A stretch of 64,000 nt of DNA from Blepharisma stoltei ATCC 30299 (Eukaryota > Protista > Ciliophora), in assembly GCA_965603825.1 (NCBI GenBank), contig CBFDEM010000061.1, positions 124,001 through 188,000 of the forward strand. The letters are read 5' to 3'. The notes beneath the pieces were generated by a model. It ran no database searches and was not told the DNA's origin. It saw only the letters and a list, made by a program, of their open reading frames with translations. The translations under genes and the position numbers were made by a program. Of the stretch, positions 27,501-41,986 are shown piece by piece (position 1 is the first letter of the stretch; the number at the start of each line of letters is the position of its first letter).

Positions 27501-29916
27501 TTCAAAAATGAGACAAGTCACAAGACCATAAACAAGCGTGCCCTGATCCACACACAGCATTAATGTAGCTCGAAAAAGAGCTGATTGGTGCATTTCAGAG
27601 CTGAAAAGAGTTAATAAACCCTTTAAACCCGGACGAGCTGCTTTTGCCAACCATTAAGTTTGTGGAAGCAAGGTCTCTATAAATATAATTTGAAACTGGC
27701 AGGGTTGAAGCTACAACATTGTTGATATAGATTGTGATAGTTGTACTACCAGATGAATATGCAAAAGTCACTGACAAATAATTCCAATCAATCAGTGTTG
27801 TACCTAAAGACAAAGTTTTAGAAGCTGTGGCTTGAGTAGGATCTTCCATAATAGCTGTAACTCCTGATGATAACAAAATAAGCCGAGTTTGTTTTTCTAA
27901 TATATCGCCACTCGCTGTTACATATAGCCATAATCCGATAGAAAAGCTATGATAAAGGAGTATCGATGCGGATGATAAAAGATAAGTACTCCCATCAAAA
28001 TATAAGCCTCTCATATAGGCAGGAATAGGGTCAACTGATTCTGGAGTGTTAAAAAACTGAAAAGATGATGAACTGGTTCCTGTTGTCAAAATTCCATACG
28101 AGCCTTGAAAATCTACACTGAAAGACTTATCTACCACAGGAGTCGTTATAGGCAAACAAGACCCTCCAAACCCATAAGGACAGCCATTTAGACAGACATT
28201 TCCAACTAATTGATAGCTCCCTGAACAAGCTGAGCACTCAAAATATGTTGTTTTTAGGCAATTCGCGCAAAGCACATCACATCTTTCACATGATTGAGTT
28301 AAAGATACCCAAAATGCATATGTGTCGCAAGTGCAACCTCCATTTCCATCACTAACAGCATTCGTAATGCAAGTCAAGCATGATTCTGTCCCTATGAATG
28401 CTGTACATGTAGCGCATTCTTTAGTCAAGCATAAATTGCAGGTATCAGAACTTATGCATCCTTTATTACAGTTTGTCTTACAGTCTTTACAAGATGAGCC
28501 ATCAATATACTTGTCTAATGGACAATCACTTGGACAACTCAAATCAGCTGAACATTTTGTGCAGGGTGATGTACATCCTGATGTTCGCCATTCATCTAAG
28601 TAATAATTATTTAAGCAATAAATTCTCACTTTCCAAATAAAGCCTGTAAATCCAATGATATCATTTCCTACATATACATTTCCTGAAACACTATCTTGCA
28701 TATACAATGCAGTTGCTGTTGTGAAAGATTGTAAGAATGATCCATCAATATACGAGCTTATTGTTGTGGTCCCGTCAGTATTAATGTATCCATCAAATGA
28801 AACAAAAAATCATCCATTCAGAACATTAGAACTTCCTGTTACTGAAATTGTAGTTGAAGAATCTGACATAAGTAGGGAAAGCCTAGGATATCCTGAGGCC
28901 AAAATTTCTACAACCCATTGGTATGCTGGTATAGGTTTGACTAGAACTATTCCTGCTGATAGAGTCTTTAGCCAGATAGCAATTGAAAATGTGGGAGCAA
29001 GCATAACAGGTATTGCTATATAACTATTAGATTTAAAGTAGTAGCCTCTCGATTCAGCTGGATAAGGATCATTTGCATCATAAGTTGGATAAGTATTAGT
29101 TATCGAACTTCCTACCCAAATCGTTCCTTTTTGGTCGAGAATGATCCTATTATCTAAAGTCAAGGTAAGCGTAATATGAGCAATGTAGTCGCAGGTATTT
29201 GTGCTTGTATTTTGTAAATATCCTGTAGGGCAATACGACAAACATAATATGTTTTGGTATGAGAAAGAGCCAGAACCACAGACAATGCAATAAACTTGTG
29301 TTATGAGACCAACTATAGTAATTAGCTGAAAATTGAGCATGGCATCTCTATATGCTAAATCCAGAATTTTACGAGCAAATAGAATCAGAAATGCATAAAG
29401 CACAATTAAATGATAAGGTGCATTATAAAAATCTGAAAAAATGTTTGACTTCGATATATGAGAATTTGAAGCTTTTTCTCAAGTATGTGGATTTATTGAT
29501 AAAACCCACTTAAAATAATCATATAGTTTAAATTTTAAGTTTTCTATGATGCTTGAAGCTCCATCAAAATAAAATTCCTGATTGGGAGATAGTATCAGGG
29601 ATTGCTTAGCGTGAAATGAAGCAGGGATTGGAATAAGAGGAGAAATATTTGAGTATGAGAAATTTGTAGCTGCCAAATCTTGAACACTTGAAAAATTCAT
29701 TTCAAGCGAATTTAACTTATCTTCGCTTAGTATTGTGCAGATGCTGAAGCTAATATTCTGGCTTATTCAACTAAATAGGGAAGGATTTGCTTTTTTGTAG
29801 TCAATTTTATGTTTAAGATAAAAGTGACCAGGCTTTATTCCTCAATTATAGTTGCCATGTGGACCAAATGACCAGATGAGCACAGCTTTGGAGATAATAA
29901 TCAGAATAAAATTCAT
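24550..29916 (-). CDS. Copy E, ~1788 aa: short form (leader, LamG3, LamG4, LamG7, stalk, multi-pass TM)
   Basis: Track ORFs from 24550 to 29700 are in phase and the frame is open to ATG 29916. A possible alternative internal ATG at 29340 gives MLNFQLITIVGLITQVYC. Stop is TAA TAA. Confidence 0.85.
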
Positions 29917-30328
29917 TACGTCATGATGGCATAATGGTGAAACAAATCAATAGTTAGATATTAAGAACTAAAAAATTTTATTGAGGAAATATTTGATTAT
30001 ATATTGATCGAAGTCATTATATAATATAATTATTTCCAATTAAATAAAAAATTGTATATTGAAAATAAGTTTATTTAAATTTGATCAATTTTTGTTCTAA
30101 TTGAAATTATTTTAGTTGCTTTGTTTGATATTTTCACTATAGGTATTCTAAACCAAAAATTTATAAATAATTACAATTAAGACTGTCTAAATATATTAGC
30201 ACAATTTACTCTAAGCTATTATATTCAATGCTAAAGCTATTTTAATATTTTTCTAATTCTTTTCTAAGCACTAAGTTAAATTAATTTTATTATAATTAAA
30301 TGTCATATATAAAGGTTTCTAAATTAAA

Positions 30329-33300
30329 TTATAAAATAATTTTTTGATTAGCTTTCTTTACTTTTTGCACAATTTGGCTTTGAATCGGAAGTATTTTTGC
30401 TTTGTCAATATTTCCAGTGTTGAACTTAATTCTAAAAAACTCATATACAGTCCTAACTAAAATAGTTATTGAAGCAAGCAACTGAACCCCTATTATTATG
30501 ACAATAATAATCACAATACAATTTTCAATTTTAGATATCACATTTGACTCAAGATTAAATAAATAAGCAGCTGTGGAGCCCATTATTATACATATCAATA
30601 TTTCAGAAACTAAGTTGCTTAATTGATATATTTGGTCTTTAAAAGGAGAATAAAGTAATAGGTGCATGATAGTCATTAAGGAAAGCACAATATTAATGGT
30701 CACTTCTGTTTCTGGGTAGTTTCTTAAATAGACTAAGTTTACTATATAAATAAGCCTCCTTACAAAAAACACAAAGTAATATTGGGTTGTGAGAAATTCT
30801 CGGTCAGTTCTAAACTCATAAAATAGTGAGCCAAAAGAGGCAAAAAATGTTTTTTGATGTAATAAGATTTGGTTTTTATTTTTATAGGAAAATGCAAAAA
30901 ATAATCCTGGAGTGATAATGAGTAATATGCAAACTGATGCACAGATAATAAAATTGATTATTTGTGTTGCGTTAATAAACTTTAATTCGATAATTCCTAT
31001 ACTAACTGCAGCTCCTATTTCAAGATAGCATTGAATCCAAAATCTCAAATAAAATGCAAATTGATATGATTTTAATGTTTTTCTAAGCTTACTACCAATT
31101 CATCTCTGAGAGCATTTCGAAAAATAATATATTAATGGTAGAGCTACAATAGAAGCCAATATCAATGTAAAATCATTCCCTTGATTTATCAAAATTAGAT
31201 CAGTCTCATATCCAAAATCCTGAGCTTGAGAATATGGAGTATTTCCTTCTTTCTCATCTATTAAATAAGAAAACATATTTGGAAATAAGTTAAAACTGTT
31301 CAAATTATTCAGAAACGCTCTTAGTTTGTTAGAAAAAGGGATTCCAGATAAAGTCAAATAGCTAAGAATTTGCAATGTATTCACAATGCTTCATAAAGAG
31401 CTTAGATTTGGGCTTATAAATGATAACGCAAGAGCTGCAGCAACTGTAGTTTGCGTTATTGCAGTTGCTTGTGATGTAATTGCCTCAACATCTGAGGAAT
31501 ACGGATCAGGATTATAAGAATTCAAAACCACAGTAAAATCTGATGAATTTAAGATGCCATTAGACACTGATTTTACTTCTTTTAGATCTAAAAATGTAAA
31601 TGTAGCTAAGGTGCCTTTAGAAATTTTCTCTTTTATGTTCAAAGAAATATAATAAAAGGTACTATTTACTTGCTCAATTTTACATGTGATTTCTCCTTGC
31701 TTTTCAATCACTACTATAAAATCATAGACTGTAAGAACTTTTGCTAGGCTTTCTGAAAAGGTAAGGGAGAGGGAATTATCAGAGAGAACTGCAAGTTTGG
31801 CTGAAAAAGGAACCAATGCACAAGTTTTAATGCCATTGTAGCCTAGATTGCAATAGCAGAGATCTGTTTTGAGGCTAGCGTTTTCTACGCAAGCTGTGCA
31901 TTTTGTAACAGATTCACAAAGAGTGCAGAGATTTGGGCAGGGATAAAACACACCATCAGGACCTCTAAACCCGCCTTGTGCAATAGGAATGCAAGTGGTA
32001 TTATTTGGAGTTCCTAGCACATGATTATCATCGCAGATACATGAGTCAGGGTTTATAGCATTTTCTTTGCAAGTCACGCATTCTGCTGATGAATATCCAA
32101 TACAGTCTTCACATAATAAATTACTGCAGAGTGAGCATGTGCCTCGTCAGTCCCTGCAAGACTTTTTGCATTTTATATCACAATTGTAGCATTTATTATA
32201 AGCAGGTCCACTCCAATATTCATTTATTTTGCAGTTTGGGATGCAGATTTGGCTTGTTGGGCAAACATTGCAGTTTTCATTACACAATTTAGTAGACAGA
32301 CTGGATATTGGTTTTATTATATTAAACATCTGGATACTATATATAAAGCCTTGATAATAATTATAAAGTCCTTGTGAGCTAAGTTGAGCTCCTATAGTAA
32401 TTGTAGTGTGAGAACTGATATCAGTAAAAGCTCCATAACCTGTAGTCGCAGAGGAATCAGATAGCCCATTTATATAGCTTGACATTATATTATAACCGCT
32501 ATTTGGCTCTAGTGTAAATACAACATGGCTTCATTCATAATTATTAAGCAAGCCTTGGCACTGGTACATGAAAGGAGATGAATTTATAATCAATGAAATT
32601 GCTGGCTTGCTGCCTATTAACAGGATTGAATAAATCACTGAAAAATTGTTAGTAATATCATGCTTCGATAGCAGAGCAGACGAGGAAATTTCTGTATTAA
32701 TTCATATAGAAATTGTGAAGGTAGTCCCAATTAGAAGATTTGGAGATGCATAGGTCAAATACTCAGGCAGCCTTAAAACTGAAGATTGCCCATTAAAATA
32801 AAACCCTCTTAAATAAGCAGGGATAGGGTCATCAGCTTCATAATCTGGATAAAATTGCTCTGACGACCCAGTTATGACTGGAATTGAGCTTGCTTTATCA
32901 TAAATGACTCCATTCAGAGTATTAAGGTCTAAGTCAAAAAAATTTTCTTTGGCCAACACACATCCACTTGGAGAAGAAGAATATCCTACAGGACAGCCAG
33001 CTTTACAAACTCCTAAAGAGCTATAATATCCATCTGCACAAGATAAGCAGTCCAAAGAGCTAGAAGATGTGCAGGTTTTGCAAGAAACATCACATAATTC
33101 GCAGTCTTCATTAATAGTGTTCCAATAATACCCAGAATTGCATTGGCAGATTGAACCTACTAAATTTGCGTTTGTTTTGCATGTAATACATGTATTTGTA
33201 TATTCGTCACATACTTTGCAGATAACGTCTTTACATAAGTTGCAGCTTTTATCACTTCTTACGCAGCCATTTGTAAAACATCCAGGTAAACAGGCTTCAC

Positions 33301-36300
33301 AGATGCTGTCATCCAAGTATTTGTCTAAATCGCAATGATCAATACAAGCATTGCCATTATCAATAGGACATAGGGAGCATCAATTGCAAGAACTTGAAGC
33401 TAAACTACTGACTGCTATTGGTGTATTATAGATTTTTAGATCCCATAAAAATCCATTAAAAAATGATATTAAAGATGTAGGGCTTGAATAGCATGCCCCA
33501 ATTGCTATTAAAAACGAATTTTCTAAATCATTCAGTCAGCTTGGGGCCAAATCGCTTGACAGATCGCTTGCTCCATTTATAGATAAAGTTATAGTTTGCT
33601 GAGGGGTAGAGCTTATGCTGGAAATTGCTGATATAAAATTTCATTGAGAAAGGGTAGCCTCTAATGAGGGATTAGAGCTTGTATAAATAATTGTGGATGA
33701 GTCTTTTAGAGTCAAAGTAAGCGATGGATACTTGCTTATTAGTTCAAGGCTTATCGATTTTTTAAATGATCCGCTGTTAGCTTGCTTAGAAAAAATAACC
33801 CCAGTGCCTACTATTGGTTTTATTCAAGCTGCTATAGTAAATTTTGGTGCAAAAGTAAATAGTGGTGACGTAGTACCTGCATAAGGAGGCAGCTGCATAT
33901 AAGATGAGCCAGTAAAATAATAACCTCTATTAATAGTTGCTATAGGATCAGTTGTATCGTAATTAGGATAAAAGTTATTATCTTTGCCTGTAAGTACTGG
34001 TATATTTGACTTTAAATCAGTAACGACATCTTTTATTTGATGCGGCATCAAATTGAATACAAAAAAATTGGTATAAGAAGGATTAGCATTACAATTACTA
34101 AAACTTACAGTATATCCAGTAGGGCAAAATGACATACACAAAGATTGAACCAGATAGTACCCTGATATACAAGCAAGGCAGCCATTAAATTTTAGTGTAG
34201 AGCAAGATGCACAAATTGAATGGCACAGCTCACAGCTTTGGAAGTTGGGAACTCATAATGCATTTGCAAGACACATGCAATGACCAGCTGATTTATAAGC
34301 ATTTGTAATACAACTTGTGCATTCTCCTGAAAAGGTAGTGCATGATTCGCATTCTTTATCTCTACAAAGGTTGCATGATAAGTCATTTACACATCCTTGG
34401 ATGCAGCTAGAGCAAGCTGTGCAGCTGTCAGGGTATTTATCGAAATCACATTCACTTAAGCACAAATGATTTGATGGACAAGTAGAGCAACCAGTCACAC
34501 ATGAAGAAGTGGCATAATCATCAGCTTGATTGCTATATGAATTGTATATTATTAATCGTGCTAAAAAACCGTGAAGTCCTGAAGTTCCAAAAGTTTCATC
34601 GTTTCCTATATAAAGATATCCTAAAATAGTATCTTTAAAGTAGGTTAAAGAAGTAGTTGTAATAGAGCTAGTAGATACTGCATTGATGTAGAGATTAATA
34701 ATGGTTTTTCCATCAGACTGGACTTGGCCTGTAAAGCTTAAGAAGTACCAACTGTTTAAAATGCTTGTAGAAGCTGTTAAAGTTGTAGAAGTTGAATCGG
34801 AAAATGCTATTGAGAGGACTGGAAACCCAGATGGGTCTACAGTTATCTTAAAAATATCGCTAGAGATGTATTTGGTTACTAATATCCCACCTGAGAGTGG
34901 TTTAGTTCATATAGAAACTGTAAATGATGGAGCTATCATTACAGTCGATGATAAATATTTGCTGAATTTAAAATAATAGCCTCTTTTATAAGCTGGAATT
35001 GGATCATTAGCATCAAAATTTGGATAAGTATGAGCATTATTAATACCCACATTGAACCCAGAAACAGTATCAAGACGAATCTGGTCTGTTAAATCCAGGC
35101 TTATTCCTATATTTGATACATAATCACATTTATTTGCGATTGAATTTTCAATATACCCTGATGGACACTCACTTAAGCATTGTCCAGTTGAGGCAAACAA
35201 GAAAAACCCTGAAATGCACTCAGTGCATTTATTATAAATCGAAATACTACATAGAGAACACTCGCTTGGACATAGCACACATGAGAGTCCATCTATAGAA
35301 GCCCCATAGCAAGTATTGCAAAAGCATGAGCCAGAAACTAAATGAGCGCTAGAAATGCATTGAGTGCATTTTCCTGCTCCAAACCCTGTACAAACTAAGC
35401 ATAATATATCATAACAAATATTACAGGAATTTCCTCTAACACATCCTTTAGTGCATGAGCTGCAAGATAGGCAAGAAACACTATTTTGATATTCTGAGAA
35501 TGAGCAAGTTGATAAGCAAGAAGATTTTAATCCAGCCCCACAAAATGAGAAGCCATTAATGATACTTACAAAATCACTAATTCTTACATTTCACAGCTGA
35601 AAAGAATATAAAAACCCAACAAATCCAGAGCTGCTGCCTCTTCCTAGTTTTAAATTAGTAGATGATTGGTCTCGAAAAATCAAATTAGGGTTGCTTAATG
35701 AGTTCACTAAATTTCCATTGACATAAATTTCAAAAATAGTCGTGCTTGATGTGTAAGCTACTACGACTGATATGTAATTTCAAGCAGAGAGCAGGATACT
35801 TTGTGTTAATGAAATTATTGAATCTACTTGCATGTTATTCCTTAGTTTTACTCTCATAGATCCATCTGATACTATTTGTAGCCGATTTTTCCTTATAATA
35901 GTGTCATCAGTTATATCTCAGACTCATGTCCCCATAGAAAAGCTGTGAGAAAGTTGAACAGGCAATGAAGACTCTAAATACATGTTCCCATCAAAATAAA
36001 GACCTCTTTTATATGCAGGTACAGGGTCAACTGCTTCAGGGGATACAAAATGCTGATAAGTGCTTGAAGAAGTCCCAGAAATAAAAATACCATAAGAACC
36101 TTGAAAATCACTATCAAATAATAAATCAACAACTGCAGTTGAGACTACTGTGCAAGAAGTTCCATATCCATAAGGGCAGTCATTTAAACATATATCATTT
36201 ACCATCTGGCTTCCCGTTATACAGCTGCTGCATTCAAAATAGCTGGCTTGCTTGCAGACAGAGCAAAGCATATCACACACTTCACAATAACCTGGCTTTC

Positions 36301-39300
36301 AAAACGCATTTGCCTTACATTTACATCCTCCTGATCCATCACTTTCTGCATTTGTGATACAGCTTGAGCAAGACCCAGAAAATGAATCGCATGCATAACA
36401 TTGTAGAGTCTTACAAAGGGTGCATGTACCGCTAGAGCTGCTATATCTACATCCATTCGTGCATGATCCTGCGCAACTTTCACAAACTGATCCATTATAA
36501 AACTCCAAAAATGGGCAAGTTTTAGGACAGTTATAGTCACTAGGACACTGAGTACATGGAGAAGTGCAGCTTGAAGTTTTATAGTCGTTGACATAATAAC
36601 TTGCTGAATTAAAAATTTTTAAATTGTATAAAAAACCTTCAAAACTGCTTGTGCCTGCATTTCCGATATAAAGGGTTCCAGTGTTTTGGTCCTGAAAATA
36701 AGTTTGTGTTGAAGACGTGCTTGACCCTGTAGATATTGAGTTAAAATATGAGTTTATGGTCACTGTGTTGCTGCTCGAGTTAATATTTCCTGTGAATGAA
36801 ACAAAGCTCCAGCTGCTTGTCAAGATATCTTGAGATGATAAAACAGAAAGTGACGAAGAATCACTGAGAGTAAGCGTAAGTTTGGGAAATCCGCCATTGA
36901 GTTCCAGACAAAAAATTTGTAATCCTGAAACTATTTTAGTTACAATTGGGCCTGAAGATATTGGAAATACTCATGTAGATATAGCAAAATATGGGCCTAT
37001 CACAGTATTTGCTAACATATAGCTTGATGATTTAAAATAATATCCTTGCAGATACTGAGGGTATGAATCGCCTGTCTCATAGGTTGGATAAGCATTACTG
37101 GTAGGCCCAACTTGTACCCCTGAGACTGAATCAAGCTTTATTTGGTCGTAAAGGGATAAACTTAGCCCAATTCTTGATGAAAAATTGCAAATTTTTGTTG
37201 AGGAAACCTCTATAAATCCTGATGGACAGTTTATTAGACATACCTTATTAATTAGTAAAAAATAGCCAGATTTGCATGAAGTGCATAAAGTATCTAAAGG
37301 ACCTACACAAGAAGCGCATTTTGCATGGCAAGGAGAGCAAAGAGCTTGGTTTGTAGGCTGATAAAATCCAGAATCGCATTGGCAAGGAGATTCAGAAGCA
37401 TTAGGAATGCATAGTGTGCAGCTGTTTGGTAAAAAAGATGAGCACTGTGCGCATAAAAAATCGTCACAAATGTAGCAAGATGCACCTCTAGTACAGCCCA
37501 TTGTGCAAGATCCTGAGGCTAAGCATGGCTGGCAATTGCTTCCATCATAATAATAGGAATACTCACATGGCCATAAGGTTGATACCACTCCACCTGTAAA
37601 GCCATAAAGATTATAGGGTGTAGAAAAGTCTGTAATGGTGTCTCCTCATAGCTGAAAATAGCTTATAAAGCCATTGAATTTTGGAGAGCCTTTGCCTATA
37701 TACAGCTGCCTACCAGCTGGAAGCCTAAATACGTAATTTGCAACTGTAACTGCTGTCCCAGCTATCATATTTAGATATGGAGTTATTGTCGTAGATTTAT
37801 TAATAAATCCAACTGAACAAGAAATGTAGCTTCATGTTTTTATAGTTATAGGATTCGATACAGCGTAGCTTGCTGTTGTACTGTCTCAAGTTTCTAAGTC
37901 AAAATAAATAGTTCCTGCAGCACTAAAAATAAGTGTATTTGTGCTATCACTAATTAGAGCCCCAGAAATAACATAAGCCCAAATTCCTATGCTCCAAGTA
38001 TTAGATAAATTTATAGACCCACTCAAAAACTGATTCGAATCAAAATAAAGCCCTCTATTTTTAGCTGGTAATGGATCAGACGTTTCTGGAGTATTCCAAT
38101 AATTATAGCTTGAAGAGCTACTACCAGTAATCAATTCTGAATCATATGCCCCAGCAAATGGGGTATTAAAATCAGCTGTTAAAACTGTAAAAGAATAATA
38201 TCCTCCACAGTCCCATGCCCCATATGGAGTTCCATACAAGCAAACTCCTGCATTAGGTAGCCCAAAATTGCATAATGTGCTTGTCCAAGTTTGGGTGCAT
38301 TCTATTGCTAGATGGTCACAGCATAATAGAGGGATTCCTGTAGTGCATGCAGAGCAAGATGCAAAAGAATACCCAGTACAAGAGCTACAATCTGGCGAAT
38401 AGCAAATTGAGCAGTCGCTTCTAATGCATCATGGCCAATTTGGGCATGAACTGTCACAGTCATTGCAATTAGTTCCATCTCAGTACTGCTTATCAGCACA
38501 ATCAACTGTCGGAGCTGACGTTGGACCATTTACTTCATTATCGACCCTTGTTTGAAGCCAATAAATAAACCCTTTAAACGAATCATTTGGACTTATGTAT
38601 CCGAGATTTCAAATATAAGTTCCACTAGGAAAACTCATCTCAGAATCAGTCCATGATGTGCTATAATCTGTACTTCCATCAACATCAATTCTAAATGAGG
38701 CTGTATTACAATTATCCTGGCTAAAATAAATTGACACATAATGCCAAGATGAAGAATATGAATTGGCGTTTATCTCTGAAACAGAATATTGTGATCCGTC
38801 TGAGCTATTAATCAAAGCATCAAATTGATATTTCCCAAGGACTGAAAATATTCTTATATAAGAAATTGGGCCAATTAGGACGTTTAAAATTTCTCCACCA
38901 TCAAGGGCTTTTATTCATAAATTTAAAATAAAATAAAGACCTGGGATAAAGCTTGTGTTGCTGGACATCCCAGATGTAGGGGCAAAATAAAAGCCACGAT
39001 CTAAGGTAGGTAATGGGGAATTTTGTGATTGATCATTAAATGGGATTCCTCCTGGGTTTAAAAATAGTGTGCCGCTGGGATCCTGTATTCTGTCAAACGT
39101 AAAATCTTGAAAGCCAGAAAATTCTAAAGTGAATAAAATTGTATTTGACGGATCAGGCCCAGCACAATATTTATAGCAGCTAGGACAAGCATTTTCATCT
39201 GAAAAGCGAGTTGGGCACTCCTCTGTACATATAAGGTTGTCAGTCATGTATTTTGGCTTATTACAACTAAGTCTTCCACCTACATCTAAACTATCATTTG

Positions 39301-39355
39301 GGCAATCTGAAAGAACTAAAACAGCATGAGCGATTAAAATAAAGATCCCTAGCAT
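30329..39355 (-). CDS. Copy F, ~3008 aa: full-length form with 7 LamG modules, Cys-rich spacers, stalk and multi-pass TM domain
   Basis: Fourteen track ORFs from 30329 to 39376 share one phase. ATG 39355 gives the signal peptide MLGIFILIAHAVLVLS. Seven [DS]..P....G.YF module starts occur at ~39000, 38050, 37050, 36010, 34990, 33930 and 32810. Stop is TAA. Confidence 0.85.
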
Positions 39356-39589
39356 TTTTATTATAACCTCATTCAATAACTTAAAAATAAATAAAAACGA
39401 TAAAATTTAAGAATAAACTTTTTAAACAATAAGATTATTTTTAGAAATTAGGAAAGTTTATAGAGTTTTAGAGAAGACTGGCGAAGAAAATAGATAAACT
39501 AATAGGTTTGGGCAGGAATAAAAAATTCCATCAGGACCTCTGAATCCTCCAGGCATAACAGGAATGCAAGTGTTATTATTGGAAGTACA

Positions 39590-41986
39590 TTATATTCATA
39601 GAGATATTGTAAAATATGGACCAATTACAGTGTTAGCTGTAATAGAGCTAGTAGATTTAAAATAGTAGCCTTGCTGATACTGTGGATATGGATCTCTAGT
39701 ATCATAGATTGGATAAGTGTTATTGGTAAGCCCTACCTGAGCTCCTGAAATTGAATCAAGCTTTATTTCATCATAAAAATTTAAACTCAATCCGACACTG
39801 GATGAAAAAATGCAGGCATTCGTAGAAGAATCCTCTATATACCCTGTAGGACAGTTTATTAGACACATCATGCCATTATATAAAAAATAGCCAAGGTTGC
39901 AGGAAGTACATGAAGAATATAGAGAATCTGTGCATGTAGCACATCCAGTATAGCAGACAGAGTAAAAAGCTTTATTTGGAGGCTGGTGCTCTCCAGAATA
40001 GAGCTTACATGGAGACCCAAAAGCGTTAGAAATACAATAAGTGCAAGTGTTTGCTAAAAATGACGAGCACTGAGAGCATAAAAAATCATCAAAAATGCGG
40101 CAAGATGCTTCTCTAGTACAACCCATCGTGTATGAGTCTGAGCATGGCTTGCATGTGTTTCCATCGTAATAATGAGAAAAATCACAAGGCCATAAAGCTG
40201 ATACCACGCCATTTGTAAACCCATATAAATTATAAGGGGTAGAAAATTCTGCAATAGTTATCCCTCATAACTGAAAATAACTAATAAACCCTTTAAAATT
40301 TGGAAAGCCTTTACCGATGTACAATTTTTGGCCGCTTGGTAATCTAAAAACGAAGTTTATGATAGTAACTGCAGTGCCAGCATTATTATTTATAAATGGT
40401 GTTAAGGTTGTAGCTTTATTTGAAAACCCAATTGAATAAGAAATGTAGCTTCATAAACTGGGAGCCAAAGGTATTGATACAGAATAGCTAGAAGCTGTTC
40501 CATCTCATTTTTCTAAGCCAAAGTTAATAGTCCCATTAGCTTTTATAATAAGTGTATTAGTACTATCACTAATTATAGTCCCAGAAATAGCATAGACCCA
40601 TATGCCTATGCTCCAAGTATTTGACAAATTTATAGACCCGCTCAAAAATTGGCTAGAGTTAAAATAAAGGCCTCGATTTTTTGCTGGAAATGGATCAGAC
40701 GCTTCTGGAAAGTTCCAGTAATTATAGGTTGTAGAGTTGCTGCCTGTAACTAGAGCTGAAGAATAAATTCCTTGAAAAGGGCCATTAAAATCAGCTGCTA
40801 AAACTTCAAAACAAGAAGAGCCTCCACAGTTCCACCACCCATATGGAGTCTCATATAGGCAAACCCCCTCATTGGGCACCCCATTACTGCACAATGTATT
40901 TGTCCAAGTCTGAGAACATTCTCTTCCTAAGTGATCACAGCATAGTGGAGGAATTCCTGTATAGCATGAAGTGCATGAATTAGCAGAATACCCTGTACAA
41001 ACACTACAATCTTCAATATGGCAATATTTGCAGTCACTTCCTCTAATGCACCAAGGCCAAGTTGGACAATTAATATCGCAATCTTGGCATAACGCCCCAT
41101 CTCAGTATTGTTTGTCAACACAATCAACAATAGGAGTTATAGCTGGATAGCTTGCATCATTATCAGCTCTTGCTTGAAGCCAATAAATAAACCCCCTAAA
41201 TGAATTCCTTCCACCTGTATTTCCCAAAGTCCATGTATAAGCCCCACTTGGAAAATTTATTTCATAGCCACTTAAAATAGTTGTACCAGCTTCTTGCTTA
41301 TTTATTTCAAAATTAATTGAGCCTGTATCACATGAAATCTGGTTAATATATATTGAAACATAATGCCAAGATGAGTAATAAGAAATAGTGCTTGACTCAA
41401 CAACTTGAGCTTGAAATCCATTTGAGTCTAAAACTAATGCGCTCAGCTTAAAGGCTCCTAAGTCCGCTCATATTCTTATATATGTAGTTTGGCCGATTTG
41501 GACATTTAGCATGTCTCCATCTACAAAAGGCTTTATCCATAGCTTCAAAATAAAATAAAGCCCAGGGATAAGGTTACGATCACTAATTATCCCTGATGAA
41601 GTCGCAAAATAAAAGCCACGGTCTAATGTGGGGAGTGGGGAGTTTTGCGATGGGTCGCTATACGGGATATCATCTGGATTTATAAATTTTAAGCCAGAAC
41701 CTGATGAATCCTCTATATAGTTAGACATTAATTCTTGAAGGCCAAAAAACTCTAAAGTAAATAAAATTGCGTTTTCTTCTCTGGGTTTGCCGCAATAATT
41801 AAAGCATGTAGGGCAATTTAGCAGATCTGGTTCGAAAAGAGATGGACAGTCATTTGCGCATATTTTGGAGTCAACCATGTATTTTGGAATATTGCAGCGA
41901 GTTTCCCCAGAAACAGACAAGCTCCCATACGGGCAAGCTGAAAGAGTCAATACAACGCAAGTTATTAAAATAAAGATCACTGTCAT
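39590..41986 (-). pseudogene. Copy G: truncated paralog, ~798 aa (signal, LamG1, LamG2, start of LamG3), no TM domain; pseudogene or secreted form
   Basis: ATG 41986 (MTVIFILITCVVLTLSA). ORFs 41468, 40505 and 39596 are in phase. After TISL-TGA-ATA comes TAA at 39590-39592. Several conserved Cys are lost (CRIFDD, CKLYSG). Confidence 0.7.
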
